A stretch of DNA of 63,173 nucleotides, filler included, from Deltaproteobacteria bacterium (lineage in GTDB: Bacteria > JACQOV01): assembly GCA_016202395.1 (NCBI GenBank). It is 4 parts of 4 records of this genome, joined end to end, with 100 filler letters (N's around TTAATTAATTAA, not from the genome) between each part and the next. Parts side by side here need not be neighbours in the genome. Positions count along the whole stretch, not along the records: positions 24,437 to 54,776 come from JACQOV010000076.1; 3 more parts are not named here. One strand, 5' to 3'. The notes beneath the pieces were generated by a model. That model did no database searches, was not told the origin of the DNA, and saw only the letters and a list, made by a program, of their open reading frames with translations. Both the position numbers and the translations under genes were made by a program. Each line of letters begins with the position of its first letter. Positions within the stretch are counted from its first letter, which is position 1. Shown here piece after piece: positions 41,764 to 50,950 of this stretch.

Positions 41764-42377
41764 CCCGTCCTCCTTGTTGAAGAGACTGCTAATCCTCCTA
41801 ATACTAAATCGGTTACCTGCTTTGTGTAATACTCCAGTGGATGCTTCTTTCTCTTGGCCAAAATCCAATGAAGGGCAATGGTGTCCAACATTCCAAAAAT
41901 CACCCTCTTCAAAAATCCGGGTGTAAAATCGCTTCGAAAAACTCCTTCACGCTGTCCTTCTTGGACCACCTCCGCAATCATGTTGAGATAATCGATGAAT
42001 TTTCCCTGGCGATAATCTCTCATAAATTTGCTCGAACGCCGCAATTCAATCTGGATGATCTGACCCAATTCGGGGTGACGTTTGACAAGATCCAGATGAA
42101 AATCAATGAGTCGTCGAAGCTTTTCCACAGCGTTCTTCTCTTTGGACAACTCCTCTCGGATATGCTGGATGAACCGATTGACACTCTCCTCAAACACATG
42201 GATGATCAAGTCCTCTTTGTTTTCAAAATAGAGGTAGATTGTTCCATCCGCAACTCCAGCTTCTTTGGCAATATGAGAGATTTTGGAGTCGTAAAAACCT
42301 TTGCGGGCAAACACGCGAATGGCCGCCTCCAAAATGCGCCCCCGTTTGTCCGGTTGTTTAACTGAACCACCATTCAT
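41760..42377 (-). CDS. TetR family regulator (FadR/YsiA-like)
   Basis: ILEAAIRVFARKGF..IAKEAGVADGTIYLYFENKE; heads the etfBA operon. Confidence 0.9.
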   Translation of the reverse strand: MNGGSVKQPDKRGRILEAAIRVFARKGFYDSKISHIAKEAGVADGTIYLYFENKEDLIIHVFEESVNRFIQHIREELSKEKNAVEKLRRLIDFHLDLVKRHPELGQIIQIELRRSSKFMRDYRQGKFIDYLNMIAEVVQEGQREGVFRSDFTPGFLKRVIFGMLDTIALHWILAKRKKHPLEYYTKQVTDLVLGGLAVSSTRRTG

Positions 42378-42443
42378 AACGGGCCCCAAACTAACACAGC
42401 GCGCCAAAAGGTGTCAATACAGATTTTAAAAAGTTGGGCGCGG

Positions 42444-45134
42444 CTATTTGAAGTCGATGGCGCCGAAGCGGAGTTTAGGGGATTGCCACCACTCGGTTCT
42501 CTTTTCTTGGACAAAGTAGATTTTCCCGTTGTGTAGGATGGGGGTGAGTGAAACATGGGTGGGACCTAAGCCAAACGGCTTCCAACCAAAACTTTCACTG
42601 TAATCGAGCAGAGGCGCTCGATCGGCGCCATCGATCTTCTGTAAAATCCACTTCCACCGACCGTTGACGTAGCTCGTGGCATCATAAAGATTGAGGCCCA
42701 CCGCGCGCGATTGAAACAGATAAAGTCCTCCCATCAGAACCCCCTCCAGAACCGGCGGAAAATTGAGGAGACGATCGTGACGATCGGCCGCCACCGCGGT
42801 TTCATCGGTGGGCAGAGCATCGGTGGTAAGGGACATCACCTGATAGCCATGATCCACAGGGCGGGCATGTTCATTCCAAGCGGGATGGCAAGTGACAACG
42901 AATGTGGGATCCAAGTCATTGGACATCTCGGGACAACCTTGCCCCACCGGATCGTCCTGAGGCCAATCCAACCGGTAGATCTTTTCAAGGTAATCTTCTT
43001 CATTAAGCAACCCCACGTAGGTGGTCAAGTTCTGCGCCCCTTGAGCGGTGCTCGTAAAGTAGATCCGCCGATGCCCTGACGCGGGATAGTCGGGATCGAA
43101 TTCATGCGCCTCGTACCACCCATGATCGTGCCCGATTCGAGCGAGAACGGAATGAATATCCGTGAGCGAAAATCGCTTTGTGGTGGCATCAAATTGAACG
43201 GTTCCTATGAGCAGGCGATGGCTGCCAACGCGATTCGTTACAGGATCCCAGGTGCTAGTCCAAAAGATCTTCTTCCCATCGGGGGAGATGTGATACTGGT
43301 ACTGAATCGCGCGAGGCGGGACTGTTTCAGGCAAAAGTTGAGAGACGACCGGCTTGCCATGGACACGATCAAAACTCACCGCCATTAAAGAGCTCGCTTG
43401 AGCGACCGCCTGATTCCCCCATGACGAGGGATGCTCATTGTGCATAAAGAAAACCCCTAAGGGCCTCCCCTTCGATCGATGAGCATTGGCGTGGGTATCC
43501 TCAATCCAAAGGGGATAGACCGCGACATCGGCGTTCAGATTATCGGCGTTAAGCTGGATCGCCGCCTGTAAAACCCCATTGGGGAAAAACTCGGAGTCAC
43601 ACGTGACACAGCAGGCCTCGATCTCCGCGGGATCGCTCGAGCGATGGCACACCGGGGCCCGTGTCCCCTCGATCGACTCATTCCGCGTGATGTAGAGATC
43701 CCAACGCCCTGGGACCTCGCTATTCTCCTTGTTGAAAACGAGATGACGGTTGTTTGCCGAGGGGCGCAGGAGGCCACCCTGTGTAAAGGTGTCGTGGGGG
43801 TCCCGCAAATAATTTCGCAACCAAAGAGGGGCCTCTTCGTCGAGGGCGGTCTCCCCCTTCTCTTCGAAAACAAAATCGGCCTCGGAGCAATCCTCCTCGC
43901 TTTCCCCACCACAATAAATGACCACCTCCGGTTCGCCGAAGACGAAGTTATTCGGAATGGGATAGGGACCCGGCTCTACATTCCATTGAGCTCCTAACGT
44001 CGCGTCGGATAAATCCATAGCCGGTGTTCCATCCTCATAGCTACAAGTTCTGACAACCCAGGTATCGTCCCAACTCGCCCCGGACTCCCCTTCGTCTTGA
44101 TAGGAGAAAACGGCGTGTGCGTTATCGCGAGTGGTATCCCGAAACATCTCGCCAGACACATCGTAAAAATGCTTAAGGAACCACTCGACATCCGAGGGGA
44201 GTCGTGGCGTCTCCAGGAGGCGTCCCTCCAAATCGGGGACCCACATCGGACTACAGATGGGATGATCACAAGGCTCGGCGTTGCTCCAATCCTCTAAGAA
44301 TCCAAGGAGTCCAAAAATAAAACGCTTGGACTCCAAAGGGGAACCGTGGGTATGAAGGTAGGCGTAAACGGCATCGATCTTGTCCCAGATCCCCACCATT
44401 ACGGCATCGATTAAGGGGGCCTCACAGGTCCCCAAATGGTAACGGATGGGCAAAACGTTTTCCTCGTTATAAAGAGGATGAGAAACAGAGACCCCTGTTA
44501 AAGCACAATCGTGGGCAACGATGGCGTCGAGATCCTCATCGATGAGGTTATTCTCGGCAAAATCGCGAGGGAAAAGATACGGATCCAACGGATTGCCGAA
44601 GATACCGGTGGGAAAGGCGGCCTGGGTTAAACAAGCGTACTGCTCGTAATACTCCGCCGCGGGATTGCCCACGGTGGTTCGAAGGATCGTGTTGAGAGGG
44701 TTGAGGAGTTCATAATTGAGGTTGATCTGATTAAAACCACCCTTAAAGAATCGAGCATTCCAGTTGGCGTTCAGCCGAAAAAGCCGAGCCAAAAATCGGC
44801 CATAAGTTACTTCGCACGACTCTGGGAGCGAGCTAAAAATCTGCAGCGCTTTCTCCCAATCGGCGTTCATCAACGCCCGTTTGCCGCAATCGAGGAGGGC
44901 CTCCCCTGCCCAACACTCGGTATGCACCGTGTGGCAAGAGTCAACAACGATCGATTCTTGAACAGGATCAGGGCATCCTTCAGCCAGTAACGGTTGTAGG
45001 ATAGCGTTAGATTCCTGTTCAGGATGTGTCACCGAGTTGATGACCTCAGATGAAAAGCAGATCTCCTGAGAGTGCCCCACCGCGGCATAAGAAAGGAGGG
45101 ATAGCAAAACTAATGAAAATGAAGCTAACACCAT
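42444..45134 (-). CDS. Large exported Cys/acidic-rich hypothetical protein, probable C-terminal beta-propeller (start uncertain)
   Basis: Signal-like N-terminus; ISPDGKKIFW TolB/PD40-like motif. Confidence 0.65.
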   Translation of the reverse strand: MVLASFSLVLLSLLSYAAVGHSQEICFSSEVINSVTHPEQESNAILQPLLAEGCPDPVQESIVVDSCHTVHTECWAGEALLDCGKRALMNADWEKALQIFSSLPESCEVTYGRFLARLFRLNANWNARFFKGGFNQINLNYELLNPLNTILRTTVGNPAAEYYEQYACLTQAAFPTGIFGNPLDPYLFPRDFAENNLIDEDLDAIVAHDCALTGVSVSHPLYNEENVLPIRYHLGTCEAPLIDAVMVGIWDKIDAVYAYLHTHGSPLESKRFIFGLLGFLEDWSNAEPCDHPICSPMWVPDLEGRLLETPRLPSDVEWFLKHFYDVSGEMFRDTTRDNAHAVFSYQDEGESGASWDDTWVVRTCSYEDGTPAMDLSDATLGAQWNVEPGPYPIPNNFVFGEPEVVIYCGGESEEDCSEADFVFEEKGETALDEEAPLWLRNYLRDPHDTFTQGGLLRPSANNRHLVFNKENSEVPGRWDLYITRNESIEGTRAPVCHRSSDPAEIEACCVTCDSEFFPNGVLQAAIQLNADNLNADVAVYPLWIEDTHANAHRSKGRPLGVFFMHNEHPSSWGNQAVAQASSLMAVSFDRVHGKPVVSQLLPETVPPRAIQYQYHISPDGKKIFWTSTWDPVTNRVGSHRLLIGTVQFDATTKRFSLTDIHSVLARIGHDHGWYEAHEFDPDYPASGHRRIYFTSTAQGAQNLTTYVGLLNEEDYLEKIYRLDWPQDDPVGQGCPEMSNDLDPTFVVTCHPAWNEHARPVDHGYQVMSLTTDALPTDETAVAADRHDRLLNFPPVLEGVLMGGLYLFQSRAVGLNLYDATSYVNGRWKWILQKIDGADRAPLLDYSESFGWKPFGLGPTHVSLTPILHNGKIYFVQEKRTEWWQSPKLRFGAIDFK

Positions 45135-45157
45135 GTATTGCGTTTGTCTTAAAACTA

Positions 45158-45201
45158 CCGCCGCGCCGACTTGGGGCCAGGATATCAAGCCGACACGGCG
45201 G
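45158..45201 (-). terminator. 16-bp leader hairpin followed by UAGUUUU (attenuator-like)
   Basis: CCGCCGUGUCGGCUUG / CAAGUCGGCGCGGCGG pairs fully only on the minus strand (3 G-U pairs). Confidence 0.5.
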
Positions 45202-45250
45202 GATCATGCACCAGGCAGGGCGGGAAAACCCTTTTCTTACTGAGAGACTA

Positions 45251-45266
45251 TGCAAAAGTCATGCCA
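45251..45266 (-). promoter_or_regulatory. Sigma-54 -24/-12 promoter
   Basis: TGGCATGACTTTTGCA. Confidence 0.85.
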
Positions 45267-45281
45267 AGAAATCTAGAAATA

Positions 45282-45294
45282 CAACTAATTGATT
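45282..45294 (-). promoter_or_regulatory. IHF binding site
   Basis: AATCAATTAGTTG matches WATCAANNNNTTR exactly, between the sigma-54 promoter and the dyads. Confidence 0.65.
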
Positions 45295-45327
45295 CTAAAG
45301 GGGCTGTTTTTTAAAATCTGCAAAAAC

Positions 45328-45363
45328 GTCAACTTATGAACAGGAATTCGTCAAAATATTGAC
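45328..45363. promoter_or_regulatory. Tandem candidate enhancer sites (GTCAA-N4-TTGAC)
   Basis: Perfect GTCAAAATATTGAC (45350-45363) plus degenerate GTCAACTTATGAAC 22 bp away. Confidence 0.55.
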
Positions 45364-45411
45364 ATATAAGACGTTAAAAATGATATACTCGGAGAGAGCT
45401 GGGGATCTAAT

Positions 45412-48363
45412 TTGTTAAAAAGATATCCGCGCCTCTCCTTTCGAGGAATTCTCTTGGCCCTGCTTGGGTTAGGGGTCTTTCTCTACCTCCTCCTTTTTTA
45501 CAGCTCTTTACACCGAATCCCCGATTTCGGCTTCACCTTAAATGTGGAACGCAGAGTGATTTTCATAGAGCCCAAGGGGGTTGCAGATCACATGGGCCTT
45601 CAGGTGGGGGATCAGATCACTCGAATCGGCAGTGACTCCATCGAAAGCTACTTCGGACTCTTGAAAACCTTAAAAAAGGCCCGTTTCATTGAAGAGGAGA
45701 TAACGCTTGAAGCGATTCGCGATGGATCTTTTTTTACATGGGAGGTCCCTCTCCCTCCTCAGAGGCTCCCCAAGTATTCTGGAATAGGGCTTGTCGAAGG
45801 TTTTCTGACCCTTTTTTTGGGAGTGATCGTTCTTCTCAAAAGACCTCGGAATCGAGGAGTGACCCTCTTTTACTTGATGACCCTTTCGTCGGCCATTACC
45901 ATCGTGGGAGCGGTGGGAGGGATTCACTTTTTGGACAATCTTTTATTGTCTCGCATTTGGGCCCTGGCTGGCACTTTAACCTTTCCCTTCATCCTCCACT
46001 TTGTTCTGACATTTCCAAAAGAGATAGAATTCGTAGCCAAAAGGCGCTACCTTTACCCTTTCATCTACCTTCTCTCTATCATCCAAGCGCCCACGTATCT
46101 TTACCTTTATCAAAAATTTCTCAACGCCGCCGCCATGGGCGGCAACGATCTTTTTTATGCGCAAAAAATCGTGGCCTTCTCCCTATGGATTCTCATCCCT
46201 TGGACGCTCTATTGGATCTTCTGCTCCCTCACCCTTTGGATCCGGTATCTGCGAACCGCATCGTTTCTCGAGAGAAAACAGCTCCAATGGATGTTAGCGG
46301 GGGGAATCCTTGCTATGTGGTTTCCTTTCGTCGCCTGGATCCACATTAAAAACTATGGGCTCACTTCCTACTTCTATTTTGGGCTTCCTCCCTCGATGAT
46401 CGCGGAGTATCTCATGATCTCGCTGGCCATTGTTCCCGCCGTTTTTAAATATCGATTGATGGACGTCGACTTTCTGATCTCTCGAGGAATCATTTATCTG
46501 ATCGTGAGCACCATCGCTCTCCTCCTCTATCTAACCCTTGTCGCCTTTTTGAGTCATGGATTGGGAGAGATCATGGAAAATCCCTCCCCCTGGACTTACA
46601 TCGGAGCCACTCTGGCGATCGCCATTGTAGTTTCCCCCATCGAGAAAGGGATACGGCAGTTGATCGACCGAAAATTCTACCGGGATCAGCATCGCTATCG
46701 GCAAGCCATCCAGGAATTCGGAGAAAAAATCCTTACATTCCATACCTACGACCCACTCTTTGAAGCCATTGCCGAAACTCTCAAAAAAGCCCTCCCGATC
46801 TCACAGGTGGCGATCTATGTCCACCCCTTGGAAGAGACCTTGCCCGTTGCCTTTCAACGAGTCTATCCCCATCCACTCCCTGCAAACACGCTGGTGTCAG
46901 ATCTTCTGATTCCAAGCCTTCTGGTGGAAGGGAAGAGGCCCCTGATTCGTTATCAAATTGAGAATGACCCTCGTTCTCCGCAGGAATGGAAAGAAACGAT
47001 CTTAGACCGCATGCAAAAATTAGAAGCGGAAGTCATACTCCCTCTCCTTTACAATAAGGAGCTGTTAGGATGGATCGCGCTCGGAGAAAAAAGTTTTAAC
47101 GATTTGTACTCCTCGAAGGAGATGGAGGCCCTCACGACCCTTGCCAATGAAGCCGCAATCGCTTTGCAAAATGCGAGCGCCTATGAGGCTCTGCAAAAAT
47201 CTCATCAGACGATCGAAAACCTCAACCAAAATCTTCGAGAAAAGGTAGGAAAAATCGAGTCGCAACAACAACAAATTCTGATCCTGCAAGAAAAACTCCT
47301 CAAAGAAAACATTTACCTCAAACAAGAACTCCATGAACAATTTAATTTCGAGGAGATTGTGGGGTCCTCGAGCGTGATGCGAGGAGTTTTAAAGAAGGTC
47401 GAAAAAGTGGCCGCCACCTCCTCTGTCGTTTTAATCCGAGGAGAGAATGGAACAGGGAAGGAACTGATCGCTCGAGCGATTCACTTCAATAGCCCTCGCA
47501 AAGATAAACCTTTCATCCGCGTGAATTGCGCCGCCCTCCCTCACGGGACGCTGGAAAGTGAGCTGTTCGGCCATGAACGAGGGGCCTTCACTGGAGCCTT
47601 TATGCGAAAAGAAGGAAGGTTCGAGCTGGCCGATGGTGGCACCTTATTCCTGGATGAGATTGGGGATATTCCCCTCGACACGCAGGTGCGGCTCTTGCGC
47701 GTTCTTCAAGAAAAAGAATTTGAGCGCGTGGGAGGAACGAAAACACTTCGTGTGGATGTTCGCATGATTGCCGCAACTCATCAGAGTTTGGAGCGATTAA
47801 TTCAAGAGGGAAGATTCCGCGAGGATCTCTTTTATCGGCTCAACGTGATTTCGATCGATATCCCCCCTCTCCGAGAAAGGCGAGAAGACCTCTATCCTTT
47901 GGTTCTCCATTTTATGAAAAAATACAATAGAGAAACGGGGAAGAATGCTTGCCGCATCGAGGATACGGCTCTCGATTATCTGCGCGGATATCGTTGGCCT
48001 GGAAACGTGCGGGAGCTCGAAAATCTCATTGAGAGAGCCATCGTTTTGGGAGAAGGCGAGATCCTTAAGGAAGAAGATTTTATCCGATATTTGAGCCAGG
48101 GAACGGGAAGGAAGAAAACAGACCTTCCGACCCATGCCCAAAACAGCGAACTCTCTTTGGAGGATCAGATGAGAAACGTCGAGAAGGGATTGGTTGAGGA
48201 GGCTTGGCAACGCTCCGGCGGAAACAAAACCAAAGCGGCTGAGCTTTTGGGTCTCAACCGCACCACTTTTCTTTACAAACTTAAAACCCTGGGGATCGAG
48301 GAACTTGCCCAAACGGCCGCTCCCCGAACCCCTTACTCTCCCACAAAAACCCCCTCCGCTTAA
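45412..48363 (+). CDS. Membrane-anchored sigma-54 enhancer-binding protein (PDZ + multi-TM + GAF + AAA+ + Fis HTH)
   Basis: [11 protein letters not shown] motif; many TM helices; [67 protein letters not shown]. Confidence 0.92.
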   Translation: MLKRYPRLSFRGILLALLGLGVFLYLLLFYSSLHRIPDFGFTLNVERRVIFIEPKGVADHMGLQVGDQITRIGSDSIESYFGLLKTLKKARFIEEEITLEAIRDGSFFTWEVPLPPQRLPKYSGIGLVEGFLTLFLGVIVLLKRPRNRGVTLFYLMTLSSAITIVGAVGGIHFLDNLLLSRIWALAGTLTFPFILHFVLTFPKEIEFVAKRRYLYPFIYLLSIIQAPTYLYLYQKFLNAAAMGGNDLFYAQKIVAFSLWILIPWTLYWIFCSLTLWIRYLRTASFLERKQLQWMLAGGILAMWFPFVAWIHIKNYGLTSYFYFGLPPSMIAEYLMISLAIVPAVFKYRLMDVDFLISRGIIYLIVSTIALLLYLTLVAFLSHGLGEIMENPSPWTYIGATLAIAIVVSPIEKGIRQLIDRKFYRDQHRYRQAIQEFGEKILTFHTYDPLFEAIAETLKKALPISQVAIYVHPLEETLPVAFQRVYPHPLPANTLVSDLLIPSLLVEGKRPLIRYQIENDPRSPQEWKETILDRMQKLEAEVILPLLYNKELLGWIALGEKSFNDLYSSKEMEALTTLANEAAIALQNASAYEALQKSHQTIENLNQNLREKVGKIESQQQQILILQEKLLKENIYLKQELHEQFNFEEIVGSSSVMRGVLKKVEKVAATSSVVLIRGENGTGKELIARAIHFNSPRKDKPFIRVNCAALPHGTLESELFGHERGAFTGAFMRKEGRFELADGGTLFLDEIGDIPLDTQVRLLRVLQEKEFERVGGTKTLRVDVRMIAATHQSLERLIQEGRFREDLFYRLNVISIDIPPLRERREDLYPLVLHFMKKYNRETGKNACRIEDTALDYLRGYRWPGNVRELENLIERAIVLGEGEILKEEDFIRYLSQGTGRKKTDLPTHAQNSELSLEDQMRNVEKGLVEEAWQRSGGNKTKAAELLGLNRTTFLYKLKTLGIEELAQTAAPRTPYSPTKTPSA

Positions 48364-48872
48364 GGAAGCGGCTGAGGTTCCCACTCGAGATACTCAAACC
48401 CAACTTCATCTTCAAAATCGTAGAGCCGACTACACCCTGTGGGAGAGGCCACCGTAGGAATGAGCCCCACATGGAATTGCAGAACCATCTCCCCATAAGT
48501 AAATCCTTGGAAGTCTAGCGGATCGATGTTAGCCTTCAATCTCGCGCCATTGACCTCTCCGTCACTTTCCTGAACTTCCACCGTGAATTCTCGAGTGGAA
48601 ATTCTGGCAGATCGGGATCCTTGCTCCAACGTCACATAGATCGAATCAGGGGAAAAACAATAATCGTAATAAGGGCTCGTCGGATCATCCTCCCCTAAAT
48701 ATCGTCGACAACTCTCCCAGTCAATGCCACAATCGATGTCAACGTCCAACGGCACCTTCAGGGGAGCATAGAAGACCTCCCCCTCGTCGGGAGAAAAGAA
48801 CTCTACGGGGTTCGGCAGAAAGCAGGCAACCCCTAAAAGAACGGTTCCTAACAAAATATATTTAAGCTTCAT
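48360..48872 (-). CDS. Small acidic exported/lipoprotein, hypothetical
   Basis: [25 protein letters not shown] signal/lipobox. Confidence 0.65.
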   Translation of the reverse strand: MKLKYILLGTVLLGVACFLPNPVEFFSPDEGEVFYAPLKVPLDVDIDCGIDWESCRRYLGEDDPTSPYYDYCFSPDSIYVTLEQGSRSARISTREFTVEVQESDGEVNGARLKANIDPLDFQGFTYGEMVLQFHVGLIPTVASPTGCSRLYDFEDEVGFEYLEWEPQPLP

Positions 48873-48896
48873 TTTTTTCCCTCCAGCGATTTTTAA

Positions 48897-48912
48897 TGCA
48901 AAAAATATGCCA
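48897..48912 (-). promoter_or_regulatory. Sigma-54 -24/-12 promoter
   Basis: TGGCATATTTTTTGCA. Confidence 0.85.
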
Positions 48913-49098
48913 AAAAGGGCCATTTCTCTAACATGATGATAATAAAAAGAAATTATCCATAGGGTCATTTTAACGCATTGCGCTAGGCGTTAATTATTTT
49001 TAACAAATTTTGGCCTATTTTGTTTAACTTGTTGTTTTATATAGTTTTAACGTGGTGTGAATTTTTTTGGACAAACTGTGAACAAATCTACACAAAAA

Positions 49099-49767
49099 CT
49101 AATAAAAACGGACGAGATAGCGAGGTGGGACACCGGCAAGGTAAAGAAGACGAAGTCCCCACATGAGAAGATGGGTTTTAAAATAGCCGCGCTCCAACCA
49201 GCGGCGCGGGGAGATCCGGATGGGGGAATCGATCACAGCAACCCGACCGATCTTTTTCATCCGGCGCATCAGATCAAGATCCTCAAAAAGTGGAATGTTG
49301 GCGTATCCACCGAGCCTCTCAAAAATCCCTTTTCGAACAAAGATCCCTTGATCGCCAGTGGCTCCACCGGTTCTGTTGGCCCGAAGATTGAGCAAAGTCG
49401 AGGACAATCTAAAACGAAAATCGGGATGATCCAGATGAGCTTGGAAAAAACCTCCCACGGTTCGTGAATCCTCTAACGCTTTCTGAATGAGCTTGGAAGT
49501 TTTAGAAGGCAATCGACAATCGACATGAAGAAAAAGCAGGATATCTTCTGAAGCCGCCTCCGCGCCAGCATTCATCTGCTGAGATCTCCCTTTTGAAGCA
49601 TGCACACACCGAACCCGAGGAAAAAGCGCGATCCTCTGGAGTGTGGTATCCGAGCTTCCTCCATCGGCCACAATCACCTCGACGGCATCGCTCAACGCAA
49701 GAGCCGATTGCAAACAGCCCTCGATCTCACGCTCTTCATTCAAAGTGGGGATAACGACGCTAACCAC
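49099..49767 (-). CDS. GT2 glycosyltransferase, TIGR04283-like (arsenosugar-cluster associated)
   Basis: SVVIPTLNEE, ADGGSSD, GRSQQMNAGA, FLHVD, GDQGIFV, PLFED, SPRRW. Confidence 0.88.
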   Translation of the reverse strand: MVSVVIPTLNEEREIEGCLQSALALSDAVEVIVADGGSSDTTLQRIALFPRVRCVHASKGRSQQMNAGAEAASEDILLFLHVDCRLPSKTSKLIQKALEDSRTVGGFFQAHLDHPDFRFRLSSTLLNLRANRTGGATGDQGIFVRKGIFERLGGYANIPLFEDLDLMRRMKKIGRVAVIDSPIRISPRRWLERGYFKTHLLMWGLRLLYLAGVPPRYLVRFY

Positions 49768-50950
49768 GATGAAATAAATCCACCTCTTCTTGTTCTTGGG
49801 GCGGCGGTGTAGTAAAGGCCTCTCTCCCTTTGTCTCCAAAAACACCCTTCTCCTGGAGTTGGATCCCATGGCGACCAAAAAATTCATGAAACCGGTCCCA
49901 CTCTTTTTGAAGCTGGGCCTTCATAGAAGCGTAGCCATAGTCGAGCAGCTCCGCGCGGGCTTGAAACGTCATGGGGTTTTTGAGAAACATCGGCGCCTCG
50001 AGCCGGCTCGGCTCATGGAGGACGATCTTCACATCAGGATATTTGGATTGAAAATAACCCAATCCCAGGTGGAGTTTGTCATGCAGATTGATTCGGGCCG
50101 ATTGGTTGAAAATGGAAACGAGGCCGCGATCGATAATTCGCGCGCAATGTCCATCGCGCAGGGGAATGCAGACGCGAGAACGATCGTTATAAATCGGAAC
50201 CAAAGGATTGATCACCAAAACTGAGGAGGCCCCTTTTGCGATGGCAATATCGATATTCCCAATCTGCTTCACAGCCCCATCGACAAAATCATGCTCTTGG
50301 ATCCGATAGGGCTGAAAGAAGATCGGGATGGCACTGGAAGCGGCAACGGCCTGAGAAATAGGGATCTCATCCAATCCCTCATCGCCAAAAACCCAGCGCT
50401 CTCCGGTGTCCAGTTCTGTTGCGGGAATATAAAGCTCGCGTTTCAATTGGCGGAAATCATTGGCCCTCCCTTCCGCCGAAAGAATCCTCCGAATGTAGGC
50501 CTCCAGATGATCGAGGCGAAAGATTCCGGAGGGGAGCTTCTCTTCGACCAGATCCAAAACGCTCTCAGCCGAGATCTTTCCGCGAGCATGGCCTCGCGCA
50601 TGGCCTCGATCATAGATTTTTCTAAAAGGATAGAGAGAAAGGGCTTGCAGTGTAGACCAAATGGTGCGAAACAAAAACTTGTAGTTAGGGCGATAGACAT
50701 CCTCTCGCTGAAAATTCAGGAGATCCTTTGCCCCCTCCATCATGGCCTTGACAGCAATCTCTGGGTGAATCCCATTAGCAAGAAAAGAGGCGACCACCGA
50801 CCCCGCGCTTGTTCCCACATAGAGATCGAAGTGGTTAACAGAGCCGGTCTCCCCAAAGGCATCGTCAAGGGCTCGAAGGGAACCGAGCTCATAAACCGCC
50901 CCTGTGATGCCACCACCGGCAAGCACCAATGCGAGTTTTTTTCTTTCCAC
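49760..50950 (-). CDS. Patatin-like phospholipase
   Basis: LAGGGITG, GTSAG nucleophile, ASSAIP, DGA; GTG overlaps the upstream TAG. Confidence 0.9.
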   Translation of the reverse strand: MERKKLALVLAGGGITGAVYELGSLRALDDAFGETGSVNHFDLYVGTSAGSVVASFLANGIHPEIAVKAMMEGAKDLLNFQREDVYRPNYKFLFRTIWSTLQALSLYPFRKIYDRGHARGHARGKISAESVLDLVEEKLPSGIFRLDHLEAYIRRILSAEGRANDFRQLKRELYIPATELDTGERWVFGDEGLDEIPISQAVAASSAIPIFFQPYRIQEHDFVDGAVKQIGNIDIAIAKGASSVLVINPLVPIYNDRSRVCIPLRDGHCARIIDRGLVSIFNQSARINLHDKLHLGLGYFQSKYPDVKIVLHEPSRLEAPMFLKNPMTFQARAELLDYGYASMKAQLQKEWDRFHEFFGRHGIQLQEKGVFGDKGREAFTTPPPQEQEEVDLFHRG

